DNA from: Candidatus Methylomirabilia bacterium
Lineage (GTDB): Bacteria; Methylomirabilota; Methylomirabilia; Rokubacteriales; CSP1-6
DNA: 36,539 nucleotides
Reading direction: 5' to 3'
Assembly (NCBI GenBank): GCA_041492755.1
Contig: JBGPXN010000031.1
Coordinates: 1 to 36,539, forward strand
Shown here piece by piece: positions 10,775 to 21,848 of this stretch. The notes beneath the pieces were generated by a model. It had not been told where the DNA came from. It worked only from the letters and a program-made list of their open reading frames with translations, and ran no database searches. The stretch's first letter is position 1. The number at the start of each line of letters is the position of its first letter. A program made the position numbers and the translations under genes.

Positions 10775-11452
10775 ATGCTCGCGGGCGCGACGTCGGCTGG
10801 CCATCGTCTCGTCTTCCTCGGTGCTCCCGGCGCCGGCAAGGGCACCCAGGCCCGCGACCTCGCCCTGGAGTGGAAGGTCCCCCAGGTGTCGACAGGCGAC
10901 ATGCTGCGCGAGGCGGTGGCCAAGCAGACGCCGCTGGGGAAGCAGGCCAAGTCGTACATGGATCAGGGCGGGCTCGTCCCCGACGACGTGATCGTCGGGC
11001 TCATCAAGGAACGGCTGCGCGAGCCGGACGCGGCGGGCGGCTTCATCCTCGACGGCTTTCCGCGCACGCTGCCCCAGGCCGAAGCCCTGGAGCGGCTGCT
11101 CGGCGATCTCGGCCAGCCGCTGAGCCGCGTGATCTTCTTCGACGTCGCCGAAGCGGAGCTGCTGCGCCGGCTCACCGGGCGGCGCGTGTGCCGGGAGTGC
11201 GGCTCGACGTTCCATCTCACGTCGGCGCCGCCGCAGCGGGCGGGCGTCTGCGACAAGTGCGCCGGTCAGCTCTACCAGCGCGACGACGACAGCGAGGCCA
11301 CCGTGCGCCGGCGCCTCGAGGTGTACGCGCGCCAGACCGAGCCGCTCCTCGACTACTACCGGACCCGCAATCTGCTGTCGTCGGTGCACGGCGAGGGCGA
11401 CGTCGACGTCATCCGCGGCGCCGTACGCCGAGCGGCGGAGACGGCGCGGTGA
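10775..11452 (+). CDS. adk: Adenylate kinase (zinc-binding LID)
   Basis: GAPGAGKGTQA P-loop, STGDMLR, GFILDGFPRT, CRECG...CDKC, QRDDD. Confidence 0.97.
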   Translation: MLAGATSAGHRLVFLGAPGAGKGTQARDLALEWKVPQVSTGDMLREAVAKQTPLGKQAKSYMDQGGLVPDDVIVGLIKERLREPDAAGGFILDGFPRTLPQAEALERLLGDLGQPLSRVIFFDVAEAELLRRLTGRRVCRECGSTFHLTSAPPQRAGVCDKCAGQLYQRDDDSEATVRRRLEVYARQTEPLLDYYRTRNLLSSVHGEGDVDVIRGAVRRAAETAR

Positions 11453-12219
11453 TCGTGCTGAAGTCGGCCCGCGAGATCGAGCTGATGCGGCAGGGCGGCC
11501 ACATCCTGGCTGACGTCATGGACCACCTGCGGGCCACGGTGAAGCCGGGAATGTCGACGCTCGAGATCGACGACGACGTGGAGGCGTTCATCCGGAGCCG
11601 CCACGCCAAGCCGGCCTTCAAGGGCTATCGCGGGTTTCCCGCGACGGTCTGCATCTCCATCAACGACGAAGTGGTCCACGGCATCCCTTCGGCCCATCGC
11701 CGGCTCAAGGAAGGCGACATCGTGGGGCTCGACCTGGGGTGTATCGTGGAAGGGTACTACGCCGATTGCGCCTTCACGCTGGCCCTCGGTGACGTGCCTC
11801 TCCGGGTGCAGGAGCTGCTCGACGTCACGCGGGACAGCCTGGAACGGGCCATCGCCGAGTGCCATCCCGGTCGTCGTCTCTCGGACGCCTCGCACGCCGT
11901 GCAGACCCACGTGGAGCGTCATGGCTTCGGCGTCGTGCGGGCCTTCGTGGGACACGGCATCGGCCGCGCGCTCCACGAGGAGCCCCAGATTCCGAACTTC
12001 GGCGATCCCGGCCGCGGTCCGCAGCTCCGCCCGGGGATGGTGCTGGCCATCGAGCCCATGGTCACCATGGGCTCGTGGGAGGTGCGCATCCTCGAGGACG
12101 GCTGGACGGCGGTGACCGCGGACGGAAGCCTGGCCGCGCACTTCGAGCACACGATCGCCGTGACCGACGATGGCCCCGAGGTCCTCACGCGTAACCGCGC
12201 GGTGCCCATGAAGGCATAG
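11449..12219 (+). CDS. map: Methionine aminopeptidase type I
   Basis: GTG overlaps the adk stop; [37 protein letters not shown]. Confidence 0.98.
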   Translation: MIVLKSAREIELMRQGGHILADVMDHLRATVKPGMSTLEIDDDVEAFIRSRHAKPAFKGYRGFPATVCISINDEVVHGIPSAHRRLKEGDIVGLDLGCIVEGYYADCAFTLALGDVPLRVQELLDVTRDSLERAIAECHPGRRLSDASHAVQTHVERHGFGVVRAFVGHGIGRALHEEPQIPNFGDPGRGPQLRPGMVLAIEPMVTMGSWEVRILEDGWTAVTADGSLAAHFEHTIAVTDDGPEVLTRNRAVPMKA

Positions 12220-12227
12220 ACCAGGGC

Positions 12228-12446
12228 ATGGCCAAGGAAGACGCGATCGAGGTCGAGGGCACCGTGGTGGAGCCGCTGCCGAACGCGATGTTCCGGGTGG
12301 AGCTGGAGAACGGTCACCGGGTGCTCGCCCACGTGAGCGGCAAGATGCGGATGAACTTCATCCGGATCCTGCCCGGGGACCGGGTGAAAATGGAGCTGTC
12401 CCCCTACGACCTCACCCGCGGCCGCATCACGTATCGGTTCAAGTAG
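12228..12446 (+). CDS. infA: Translation initiation factor IF-1
   Basis: [38 protein letters not shown]. Confidence 0.99.
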   Translation: MAKEDAIEVEGTVVEPLPNAMFRVELENGHRVLAHVSGKMRMNFIRILPGDRVKMELSPYDLTRGRITYRFK

Positions 12447-12482
12447 CGCTCGAGTCGGGCGTTCGAGGACGAGGACGAGCAA

Positions 12483-12596
12483 ATGAAAGTGAGACCGTCG
12501 GTCAAGGCGCGTTGCGAGCATTGCAAGATCGTGCGCAGGAGCGGGGTGGTGCGGATCATCTGCAAGAACCCGCGGCACAAGCAGCGACAGGGATAG
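12483..12596 (+). CDS. rpmJ: 50S ribosomal protein L36 (bL36), zinc-binding form; not in ORF track
   Basis: Manual translation [37 protein letters not shown] (37 aa). Confidence 0.97.
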   Translation: MKVRPSVKARCEHCKIVRRSGVVRIICKNPRHKQRQG

Positions 12597-12606
12597 GAGA
12601 CTCGAC

Positions 12607-13014
12607 ATGGCGCGAGTAGCGGGCGTGGACCTCCCTCGAGAAAAGCGCGGTGAAGTCGCCCTGACCTACATCTATGGCATGGGGCGCTCGACCGCGCGTC
12701 GCGTGCTGACGCAGTCGCGGATCGACCTCAGCAAGCCCGTCAAGGCATGGAGCGACGAGGAAGTCGCCCGCATCCGCGACATCATTGAACGCGAGGTCAA
12801 GGTCGAGGGCGACCTGCGCCGCGACGTGTCCATGAACGTGAAGCGGCTGATGGACATCGGCGCCTATCGGGGCATCCGTCACCGCCGGGGGCTGCCCGTG
12901 CGGGGCCAGCGCACCCACACCAATGCGCGCACGCGGAAGGGGCCGCGGCGCGGGGTCATGGTCAAGAAGAAGCCCGCGGCCGGCGCGCCGCCGCCCAGGA
13001 AGGCAGGAGCATAG
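12607..13014 (+). CDS. rpsM: 30S ribosomal protein S13 (uS13)
   Basis: [45 protein letters not shown]. Confidence 0.99.
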   Translation: MARVAGVDLPREKRGEVALTYIYGMGRSTARRVLTQSRIDLSKPVKAWSDEEVARIRDIIEREVKVEGDLRRDVSMNVKRLMDIGAYRGIRHRRGLPVRGQRTHTNARTRKGPRRGVMVKKKPAAGAPPPRKAGA

Positions 13015-13017
13015 CCG

Positions 13018-13428
13018 ATGGCCGATCAAGAACCAGCGAAGCCGGCGCCCAAGAAGGGCGGCAAGAAGCGCGAGCGGCGCGAAGTCCGGACGGGCATCGC
13101 CCACGTGCAGGCGACGTTCAACAACACCATCGTGACGCTGACCGACAAGATGGGCAATGTCGTGTCCTGGTCCAGCGCCGGCAGCGCCGGCTTCAAAGGG
13201 TCGCGCAAGAGCACGCCGTTCGCGGCCCAGACGGCGGCGGAGCAGGCGGCCCGCAAGGCGATGGAGTACGGTCTCAAGCAGGTCGACGTGTTCGTGAAGG
13301 GCCCCGGCGCCGGCCGCGAGGCGGCGATCCGATCCCTGCAGGCCGTCGGTCTGGAGATCACCTCCATCCGTGACGTCACCCCCATCCCGCACGACGGCTG
13401 CCGGCCGCCGAAGCGGCGGCGGGTGTAG
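13018..13428 (+). CDS. rpsK: 30S ribosomal protein S11 (uS11)
   Basis: [41 protein letters not shown]. Confidence 0.99.
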   Translation: MADQEPAKPAPKKGGKKRERREVRTGIAHVQATFNNTIVTLTDKMGNVVSWSSAGSAGFKGSRKSTPFAAQTAAEQAARKAMEYGLKQVDVFVKGPGAGREAAIRSLQAVGLEITSIRDVTPIPHDGCRPPKRRRV

Positions 13429-13437
13429 GAGGCGGGT

Positions 13438-14061
13438 ATGGCACGCTACCGCGATGCGAAGTGCCGCCTCTGCCGTCGGGAAGGCCAGAAGCTTTTCCTC
13501 AAGGGCGCCCGCTGCTTCACCGACAAGTGCGCGATCGAGCGCCGCAACTATCCACCCGGGCAGCACGGGCTCAACCGGACCAAGCTCACGCCGTACGGCG
13601 TGCAGCTGCGCGAGAAGCAGAAGGCCAAGCGGATCTACGGCGTGCTGGAGAGCCAGTTCCGCAAGTACTTCCAGTGGGCGGAAGCCGAGAAGGGCGTGAC
13701 CGGCGAGAACTTATTGCGCCTGCTCGAGCTGCGGCTCGACAACGTCGTGCACCGGCTCGGCTTCGCCGCCTCCCGGCGCGAGAGCCGGCAGATGGTGGCG
13801 CATGGGCACTTCGCGGTCAACGGTCGCAAGGTATCGGTGCCGTCGTTCCTGGTCAAGGTGAGTGACGTCGTCCAGCTCCGCGCCAACTCCAAGCACCAGG
13901 TCCGCGTGGACGACAACGTCAACGCCGGGCGCGGCCAGGTGCCGCCCTGGCTCGATCTCGACGTCAACGAAAAGCGCGGGACGGTGCGAAGCCTGCCCCT
14001 GCGCGAGGACATCCAGATCCCCGTCAGCGAACAGCTCATCGTCGAGCTGTACCGCAAGTAG
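13438..14061 (+). CDS. rpsD: 30S ribosomal protein S4 (uS4), zinc-binding form
   Basis: [35 protein letters not shown]. Confidence 0.99.
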   Translation: MARYRDAKCRLCRREGQKLFLKGARCFTDKCAIERRNYPPGQHGLNRTKLTPYGVQLREKQKAKRIYGVLESQFRKYFQWAEAEKGVTGENLLRLLELRLDNVVHRLGFAASRRESRQMVAHGHFAVNGRKVSVPSFLVKVSDVVQLRANSKHQVRVDDNVNAGRGQVPPWLDLDVNEKRGTVRSLPLREDIQIPVSEQLIVELYRK

Positions 14062-14079
14062 CGGGGACCGAGGGGCACC

Positions 14080-15063
14080 ATGCCACGTATTCCCTTTCAG
14101 AAGCTGCGCAAGGTCGAGTGGGAGATCCTGAGCGAGCGCTACGGTCGGCTGGTGGCCGAGCCCTTCGAGAGGGGCTACGCGCTGACGGTCGGCAACTCGT
14201 TGCGCCGGACCCTGCTCTCGATCGTGCCGGGTGCCGCCGTGTCCTGGGTGCGGATCGACGGGTTGAAGAGCGCCGACGGCAAGATCCCCGGCGTGACCGA
14301 GAGCACCACCGACGTGCTCCTGAACATCAAGAAGCTCGCGATCCAGGTCCCGTCCGGCGAGCCGAAGACCCTTCGGGTCGAGGTCGAGGGGCCGCGCACC
14401 GTGACGGGCGCTGACGTCCCCGAGACGGACGTGGAGATCATCAATCCCGAGCTGCATCTCATGACGCTGGAAGCGGGGGCGCGGCTGCGCATGGAGTTGG
14501 GCATCGAGATCGGCCGCGGCTACGAGGCGTCCAACCGCAAGAGCCAGCCGGTGCCGCCGGACGCGATCTCGCTCGACGCCGCCTATTCGCCGATCACGCG
14601 CGTGTCCTACAACGTGGAGACGTCGCGGCTCGGCAAGATCATCGACTACGAGAAGCTCCTGGTCGAGGTGTGGACGAACGGCTCGGTGTCGCCCGACGAG
14701 GCGCTGACGCGGGCCGCCACGTTCCTGCGCGGCCACTTCACGCCGCTCACCTCCGGGGCCAGGGAGGAAGAGCCGGACGCCGAAGGCCCGTCGGGCGAAG
14801 AGTTCCTGCGCGACGCGCTCGCCAAGACCCTGGAGGAGCTCGCGCTGCCCGCCCGCGCGATCAACGCGCTGAAGAACGCCGACATCCACCTCGTCGTTGA
14901 CCTCGCCCAGAAGACCGACGCCGACCTCGAGCAGGTCAAGAACCTCGGCGAGAAGTCGATCGACGAGATCAAGGTCGCGCTGTCGGGGCTCGGGCTGTCC
15001 CTCGGCATGCGCATCGACCCCGCTGTGCTGGGCGCGCTCGCCCGGGGAGGCACGCCGCGATGA
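14080..15063 (+). CDS. rpoA: RNA polymerase subunit alpha (divergent)
   Basis: [47 protein letters not shown]...LGLSLGM; lies between rpsD and rplQ. Confidence 0.95.
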   Translation: MPRIPFQKLRKVEWEILSERYGRLVAEPFERGYALTVGNSLRRTLLSIVPGAAVSWVRIDGLKSADGKIPGVTESTTDVLLNIKKLAIQVPSGEPKTLRVEVEGPRTVTGADVPETDVEIINPELHLMTLEAGARLRMELGIEIGRGYEASNRKSQPVPPDAISLDAAYSPITRVSYNVETSRLGKIIDYEKLLVEVWTNGSVSPDEALTRAATFLRGHFTPLTSGAREEEPDAEGPSGEEFLRDALAKTLEELALPARAINALKNADIHLVVDLAQKTDADLEQVKNLGEKSIDEIKVALSGLGLSLGMRIDPAVLGALARGGTPR

Positions 15064-15536
15064 GGCACGGCAAGGCCGGCTTCAAGCTCGGCCGGACGAC
15101 GGCCCACCGGTGGGCGCTGTTCCGCAACCTGCTCGTCGCGCTCTTCCGCCACGAGCGCATCACCACCACCGAGGCCAAGGCCAAAGCGGTGCGCGGCCTG
15201 GCCGAGCACATGATCACGCTGGCCAAGCGTGAGAATCTCCACGCCCGCCGCCAGGTGCTGTCCATGGTGCCGGACGATGCCGTGGTGAGGCGGCTGTTCG
15301 ACACCGTGGCCGCACGGTACGCCGACCGCAACGGCGGCTACACCCGCATCATCAAGACCGGCTTCCGCCGCGGCGACGCTGCCCCCGTGGTCCTCCTCGA
15401 GCTGGTCGATCGCGTGGAAGCGCCGGCCGACGGCAAGAAGGGTGACAAGCAGGACAAGAAGAAGGCCGACCGGGGCGAGGCCGGCGCCACCGGGAGACGG
15501 AAGAGGAAAGAGAAGGCCGCCGCCGCGTCGGCGTAG
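15060..15536 (+). CDS. rplQ: 50S ribosomal protein L17 (bL17) with Lys-rich tail
   Basis: [38 protein letters not shown]. Confidence 0.98.
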   Translation: MRHGKAGFKLGRTTAHRWALFRNLLVALFRHERITTTEAKAKAVRGLAEHMITLAKRENLHARRQVLSMVPDDAVVRRLFDTVAARYADRNGGYTRIIKTGFRRGDAAPVVLLELVDRVEAPADGKKGDKQDKKKADRGEAGATGRRKRKEKAAAASA

Positions 15537-15553
15537 CCCGCGCTGATGGGCGG

Positions 15554-16228
15554 CTACTTCAGTTGCTGGCGAAACAGCGACAGCGTCCGGCGCCAGGCGT
15601 CGCCCGCGGCGTCCTTGTTGTAGACGTCGGGGCGGTCGTCGTTGAAGAAGCCGTGGTCCACGCCTGGGTAGACGTTGATCTCGGACGTCTTGCCCGCCTT
15701 CTTGATGGCGGCGTCGACGTCCTTGGCGACCTGCGGGGTGACGAAGCCGTCCTTCTCGGCGTAGAGGCCGAGCACGGGACCCGAGAGCTTGCTGTAGTCG
15801 GGCTTCACGTTCGGGTGGATGCCGTAGAAGTTCACGCAGGCGGCGATGTTGGGGTTGAGCGTGGCCGCGAAGAGCGCGAGCTGGCCGCCCATGCAGAAGC
15901 CGACCACGCCGAGCCTGGAGGTCGACGAGTGACCGGCCAGGTAGGTGGCGGCGCCGCGGAGGTCCTTCTCGGCCTGCCCGATGTTCAGCGCCATGAACAG
16001 CTTGCCCGCGGTGTCGGGCTCACTCGCCGTCTGGCCGTGATAGAAGTCCGGGGCCAGGGCGGTGAAGCCTTCCGCGGCAAAGCGGTCGGCGACGTTCTTG
16101 ATGTGCTGGACGAGGCCCCACCACTCCTGGATCACGATCACGCCCGGGCCCTTGCCGGATGCCGGTGTCGCGAGGTATCCCTCCGTCTTCGTCCCGTTCG
16201 CCGAAAATTCCACCATCTTGCCCGCCAT
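15554..16228 (-). CDS. Dienelactone hydrolase family (alpha/beta hydrolase)
   Basis: VIQEWWGL, nucleophile elbow GFCMGG, EKD, YPGVDHGFFND; AAGGAG Shine-Dalgarno (SD) upstream. Confidence 0.9.
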   Translation of the reverse strand: MAGKMVEFSANGTKTEGYLATPASGKGPGVIVIQEWWGLVQHIKNVADRFAAEGFTALAPDFYHGQTASEPDTAGKLFMALNIGQAEKDLRGAATYLAGHSSTSRLGVVGFCMGGQLALFAATLNPNIAACVNFYGIHPNVKPDYSKLSGPVLGLYAEKDGFVTPQVAKDVDAAIKKAGKTSEINVYPGVDHGFFNDDRPDVYNKDAAGDAWRRTLSLFRQQLK

Positions 16229-16277
16229 CGTCGATGTCTCCTTCCGGGCGCCGGGCGCAAGCCCGGGCCGCTGGGGA

Positions 16278-17531
16278 TTAGGCCGGGAGGTCGGTCCCGG
16301 CCGGCCGGGGTGCGATCTTCACGGACGTGACGCGCCTGGGATCGGCCTCGAGCACCGTGATGGTATACCCGGCAATGGTGAATTCCTCACCCGTGCGCGG
16401 GATGCGACCGAGCGTGCTGAGGACGAGGCCGGCGACCGTGTCGTAGTCCTGCTTCGGCAACGTCCAGTTCAACGCCTCGTTCACCTCGTCGATGTTGGCG
16501 CGCGCCGACACCCAGTAGCTGCCGTCCGGCAGCCGATCGAACACGGCCGGAGGCCGGTCGTGCTCGTCGTGAATCTCGCCGACGATCTGCTCGAGGATGT
16601 CCTCGAGCGTGATGATGCCGATGCTGCTGCCGTATTCGTCGACCACGATGGCCAAGTGGGTGCGCGTGCGCTTCATCTCACCGAGCAGGTCGTCGATGCG
16701 CTTGGTGCCCGGCACATAGTACGGCGGGCGCATCAGCTCGTCGAGGATGCCCGCGGTCGCGCCGTGGCTCAACAGGTCCATGGCGGTCACCACGCCGATC
16801 ACGTTCGTCTCCCGCTCCCGGTAGATCGGAATGCGCGAGTAGCCGCGCTGCTGGATGAGCGCGATGGCATCGCGCGGCGACGCGGTCGCGGGCAGCATGC
16901 CGACGTCCACCAGCGGCACCATGACCGCGCGCACGCCCGTGTCGCCCAGGTCGAAGATCTTGTCGATCATCTCCGCTTCCTGGGTGGTCACGTCGGCCTC
17001 GCCCGGCGTCACCTGAAGCAGCGCTTTCAGCTCCTCCCGGGAAACGAACTGTCGCGTGTCGGTCGGCCCGCCCCCGAAGACGCGGAGCACGGCGGTCACG
17101 ATCCGGTTGGAGACGGCGACGAACGGCGCCAGCAGCATGGACGTCAACCGCAGTGGCCGGTAGAGCTTGAGGATGAGCTCGGTCGCCCATTCGCGGGCGA
17201 TCACCTTCGGCATGATCTCGCCGAAGACCACCATGATCGGCGTGAGGATCAGGGTCACCACCAGCGGCGCCGGGGTGCCGAGGGTCGGGAGCAACCCCCA
17301 CGTCATCACGGACGACGCCACGATGTGCGCGATCGTCACGCCCATCATCGCCGTCGACAGCACGTGCTCGGGATGGCGGAACGCTTCCAGGTATCGCGCG
17401 GCGTTACGGTGACCTTCCTCGGCGAGGTGGCGGATCTTCAGCCGATTGGCGGCGATGAACGCCATCTCTACCGCCGAGAAGAACATGGTGGAGAGCAGGC
17501 AGAGCGCGGCCACGCCGATCAGGATGGTCAC
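16278..17531 (-). CDS. CNNM/hemolysin-like (DUF21-CBS-CorC) membrane protein
   Basis: FFSAVEMAF, FGEIMPK, GYSRIPIY, VVDEYG..GIITLEDILEQIVGEI.DEHD, CorC domain DTVAGLV. Confidence 0.92.
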   Translation of the reverse strand: MTILIGVAALCLLSTMFFSAVEMAFIAANRLKIRHLAEEGHRNAARYLEAFRHPEHVLSTAMMGVTIAHIVASSVMTWGLLPTLGTPAPLVVTLILTPIMVVFGEIMPKVIAREWATELILKLYRPLRLTSMLLAPFVAVSNRIVTAVLRVFGGGPTDTRQFVSREELKALLQVTPGEADVTTQEAEMIDKIFDLGDTGVRAVMVPLVDVGMLPATASPRDAIALIQQRGYSRIPIYRERETNVIGVVTAMDLLSHGATAGILDELMRPPYYVPGTKRIDDLLGEMKRTRTHLAIVVDEYGSSIGIITLEDILEQIVGEIHDEHDRPPAVFDRLPDGSYWVSARANIDEVNEALNWTLPKQDYDTVAGLVLSTLGRIPRTGEEFTIAGYTITVLEADPRRVTSVKIAPRPAGTDLPA

Positions 17532-18802
17532 GCCGCGGCTTCCTCCCGCGCGGCCGGCCGGTGGAGCGTGACCAGGACTTCGAGGACGCGCGTCCGCTGC
17601 ACTTTCTCCACGGTCACCGTCAACTCCGGCGTGGTGGCGCGCTCCGCCGCGCGGGGAATGCGGCCGAAGAGGTCGAGGACCCAGCCGCCGACGGTGTCGA
17701 ATTCCTCGTCGGAGATCGACAGGCCGGTGATCGCGTTCAGCTCCTCGATCGGCAGCTTGCCGGACACGCGGTAGGTCTGGGCATCCACGCGCTGGATGAG
17801 GCGCTCCGGCTCGTCGTACTCGTCGGCGATCTCGCCCACCAGCTCTTCCAGCAGGTCTTCCAGCGACACCAGCCCGGCGGTGCCGCCGTACTCGTCCACC
17901 ACGATCGCCATGTGCAGCTTCTTCGCCTGGAATTCCTGGAGGAGGACGTCGGCCCGTTTGGACTCCGGCACGAAGTACGGCGGGTGGAGGCGGTTGCGGA
18001 GCTGAAAGTCGCTCGGCAGCCCGTCCAGGTACGGCAGCAGGTCCTTGGTGTACAGGATCCCGACGATGACGTCGACCGATCCGTCGTAGACGGGGACGCG
18101 CGAGTGGAGGTTCTCGCGGAGGGCGGGGAGGATCTTCTCGCGCGGCATGTCGACGTCCAGGCAGAACGTGTCGGGCCGCGGCACCATGATCTCGCGCACC
18201 AGCGTGTCTTCGAGCTCGAACACTTTGTGGATCATCTCGCGCTCGTCCGTCTCGACGATACCTTCGCTCGCCCCGACGTCCACCAGCGTCCGCAGCTCGT
18301 CTTCGCTCAGCTCCGGCTCCGTTCGGCGATTGCGACCGAGCAGGCGCACGATCAGCATGGTCAGGCTCCCGAGGACCGCGCGCACGGGGCTGAGCACGGC
18401 CCCCAGCCAGGCGACCGGACGTTCGGCGACCTTCAAGAAGGCATCGGGCTTCTTGACGGCGACCGTCATGGGCAGAACCTCGCCGAACGTGGTGAGGAGC
18501 ACGACCATGCCGACGATCTCCACCAACACGCCGTAGCGATGACCGAAGAGGTCCTCGGCGATGGTGGCGGCGATGGCGGCGGCGCCGATGTTGATCAGCG
18601 TGATGCCGACCAGCAGCGTGACGAGCAGCTCGTGCGGGCGCTCGATGAGCGGGGTGTGGCCGACCGTCCCGCGATTCTCCGCGAGCCGCCGCAGGCGCGC
18701 GCGACCCAGCGAGAAGTACGCGGCCTCGGCGCCGGTCAGCAGCGCCGAGCAGGCGATGAGGATCAGCAGCGCGAGCAGCTTGAGGGTCAGCGCGTCACCC
18801 AC
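17528..18802 (-). CDS. Second CNNM/hemolysin-like (DUF21-CBS-CorC) membrane protein
   Basis: Likely GTG start at 18802 overlapping the thiL stop; [47 protein letters not shown]. Confidence 0.9.
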   Translation of the reverse strand: MGDALTLKLLALLILIACSALLTGAEAAYFSLGRARLRRLAENRGTVGHTPLIERPHELLVTLLVGITLINIGAAAIAATIAEDLFGHRYGVLVEIVGMVVLLTTFGEVLPMTVAVKKPDAFLKVAERPVAWLGAVLSPVRAVLGSLTMLIVRLLGRNRRTEPELSEDELRTLVDVGASEGIVETDEREMIHKVFELEDTLVREIMVPRPDTFCLDVDMPREKILPALRENLHSRVPVYDGSVDVIVGILYTKDLLPYLDGLPSDFQLRNRLHPPYFVPESKRADVLLQEFQAKKLHMAIVVDEYGGTAGLVSLEDLLEELVGEIADEYDEPERLIQRVDAQTYRVSGKLPIEELNAITGLSISDEEFDTVGGWVLDLFGRIPRAAERATTPELTVTVEKVQRTRVLEVLVTLHRPAAREEAAA

Positions 18803-19817
18803 GGCGCCTTTCCCCAGCGAAGTGCTCGAAGCCTGGCGTGACCGGCCGCTCGCGGCCGTCGGCGTCGAGCCACCGGACGCGCGGCGGGCCGGCCGTGATC
18901 TCGCCAATGGCGGTCAACGACACGCCGGTGGCCTCGCGCAGCTCGGCGGCGAGGCCGTGGAACGCGGCCGGCGCGCACGTCAATAGCAGCTCGTAGTCCT
19001 CGCCGCCGCCGGTCGCCCAGTCGAGCGGATCCTGGCCGAGCGCGGCGCCCACGGCGCGCGCGCTCTCGTCCACCGGCAACCGGTCGAGGTGGATCCGCGC
19101 GCCCACGGTACTCTCCACCGTGATGTGGCCCAGGTCGGTGGCAAGTCCATCGGAGAGATCCACCATCGCCGTGAGCGCGCCGGTATCGGCCATCCACCGA
19201 CCCTCCACCACCCGCGGCTGGGGCCGCAGATGCGCCGCGATGACCCGCGCGCGGGCCGAAGCGGGCAGGCCCGGGAGCTCACGGCCGTCCTGCAACAACG
19301 CCAGACCGGCGCCGGACGCCCCGAGGGTTCCCGTCACGGCGACCACGTCACCCGGGTGCGCGCCGGATCGCAGCACGGGCCGCGCCGCTTCGCCCATCAG
19401 GGTGACGTTCACGAGCCAGCCGGCGGGCGACACCGACGTGTCCCCGCCCACGATGGCCACGCCGTGCTCGTCGCCGAGCTTCAGCGCGCCCGTGTAGAAA
19501 GCCTCCACGTCGGCAACGGCGGTCCCGGGCGGGCACGCGAGGGCAACGAGGGCCCAGCGTGGGCGCCCGCCCGTGGCCGCGATGTCGGACAGATTCACGG
19601 CCATGGCTTTCCAGCCGATGTCGGCCGGCTCCGCGTACGCGCGGCGAAAGTGAATGTCCTCGAGGAGAAGATCCGTGGTGACCACGAGCAAGCCGCGGCC
19701 GGGCTCGAGCACTGCGCAGTCGTCGCCGATGCCGACGCGGACGCCGGTGCCGCCGCCGGCGCGCGCCCGGATCATCTTGATCACCTCCGTCTCGGTGAGA
19801 CGGGGACCGCTGCTCAT
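18795..19817 (-). CDS. thiL: Thiamine-monophosphate kinase
   Basis: [44 protein letters not shown]. Confidence 0.95.
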   Translation of the reverse strand: MSSGPRLTETEVIKMIRARAGGGTGVRVGIGDDCAVLEPGRGLLVVTTDLLLEDIHFRRAYAEPADIGWKAMAVNLSDIAATGGRPRWALVALACPPGTAVADVEAFYTGALKLGDEHGVAIVGGDTSVSPAGWLVNVTLMGEAARPVLRSGAHPGDVVAVTGTLGASGAGLALLQDGRELPGLPASARARVIAAHLRPQPRVVEGRWMADTGALTAMVDLSDGLATDLGHITVESTVGARIHLDRLPVDESARAVGAALGQDPLDWATGGGEDYELLLTCAPAAFHGLAAELREATGVSLTAIGEITAGPPRVRWLDADGRERPVTPGFEHFAGERRRG

Positions 19818-19933
19818 CGCGCCCGGACGAGTCGCGGGACGTTCGCGATGAAGGCGGTGCCCTCCGCGGTGAGGACGGGGAGCACGCGAAACTCGTCGCG
19901 GATCGACGACAGCGACGGGACGGCGGTACTAAT
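19814..19933 (-). pseudogene. Probable 3' remnant of a deleted gene (39 codons, no good start)
   Basis: [39 protein letters not shown]; strong G/C bias at third codon positions; TGA overlaps the thiL ATG (ATGA). Confidence 0.4.
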
Positions 19934-19944
19934 GCGCGCCTACG

Positions 19945-20274
19945 TCAGGCGAGGGCGTCCAGCTTCTTCTGCAGCTGGGCCTTGGGCACCGCGCCGACGA
20001 CCTGATCGGCGACCTTTCCACCTTTGACGAGGAGGATCGTCGGAATGGAACGGATGCCGTAGCGCGCGGCCAGCCCAGGATTCTCGTCGACGTTGACCTT
20101 GGCCAGAGTGACCTTTCCCTCGGAGGTGCCGGCGATCTCTGCGAGGACCGGTGCAATCGCGCGGCACGGGCCACACCACTCGGCCCAGAAGTCGACCATC
20201 ATGACTCCCGCGTGCTCGGTGAGCGCGGCATCGAAGTTCTGCTCGGTGAGATGAAGGGTCGTCGCGTCGGCCAT
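19945..20274 (-). CDS. trxA: Thioredoxin
   Basis: VDFWAEWCGPCR, YGIRSIPT; GAGGAG SD upstream. Confidence 0.97.
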   Translation of the reverse strand: MADATTLHLTEQNFDAALTEHAGVMMVDFWAEWCGPCRAIAPVLAEIAGTSEGKVTLAKVNVDENPGLAARYGIRSIPTILLVKGGKVADQVVGAVPKAQLQKKLDALA

Positions 20275-20308
20275 GGGGCGGGTCTCTCCTCAATAAAATT
20301 CAATGGCT

Positions 20309-20337
20309 ACGCTACCACCCCCCTCCCGGCGGCGCAA
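20309..20337 (-). promoter_or_regulatory. Putative sigma70 promoter of trxA
   Basis: Minus strand TTGCGC, 17-nt spacer, TAGCGT, with TG at the extended -10 position. Confidence 0.45.
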
Positions 20338-20367
20338 GGAACGGCGGCCAGGGACCCACCGAATAGC

Positions 20368-20398
20368 TTGTCACTTTGACACCACCGCGTGCTACATT
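20368..20398 (+). promoter_or_regulatory. Putative extended -10 promoter plus palindromic site upstream of the response regulator
   Basis: TGcTACATT at 20390-20398, 7 nt before ATG 20406; inverted repeat TGTCA-ctt-TGACA at 20369-20381. Confidence 0.4.
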
Positions 20399-20405
20399 GC
20401 CGTCC

Positions 20406-21755
<1,350 letters not shown>

Positions 21756-21756
21756 C

Positions 21757-21820
21757 TCGGCGGGGGGCTTCGCCCCCCTTCCGACGGTCGTGAGCGGGCC
21801 TGACGGCCCGCTCTTCGACC
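21757..21820. terminator. Two tandem GC hairpins between convergent genes (terminator or REP-like)
   Basis: ggggggc-ttc-gcccccc (21762-21778) flanked by tcgg/ccga; gagcgggcc-tgac-ggcccgctc (21792-21813); only short T tracts. Confidence 0.5.
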
Positions 21821-21848
21821 TGCCCAAGTCCCACCCGGACAACCGCGG

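Noticed and set aside
9899..12219. Extended ORFs 9899-11452 (517 aa) and 10870-12219 (449 aa) suggesting fusions
   Set aside because: The extensions are off-frame overlaps of secY and adk; Adk starts at 10775 and Map at 11449.
15533..15557. Intrinsic terminator between the convergent rplQ and hydrolase genes (gtagcc...ggctac)
   Set aside because: Only a short stem formed partly by the two TAG stops, with no T tract.
16278..18802. 'Hemolysin' pair as virulence factors or a novelty
   Set aside because: These are CNNM/CorC-type metal-homeostasis proteins, and tandem pairs are common in bacteria.
20376..20381. Perfect TTGACA as a -35 box, and TTG 20376 as the regulator start
   Set aside because: It is only 11 nt from the -10 candidate; ATG 20406 fits the start of the REC domain better.
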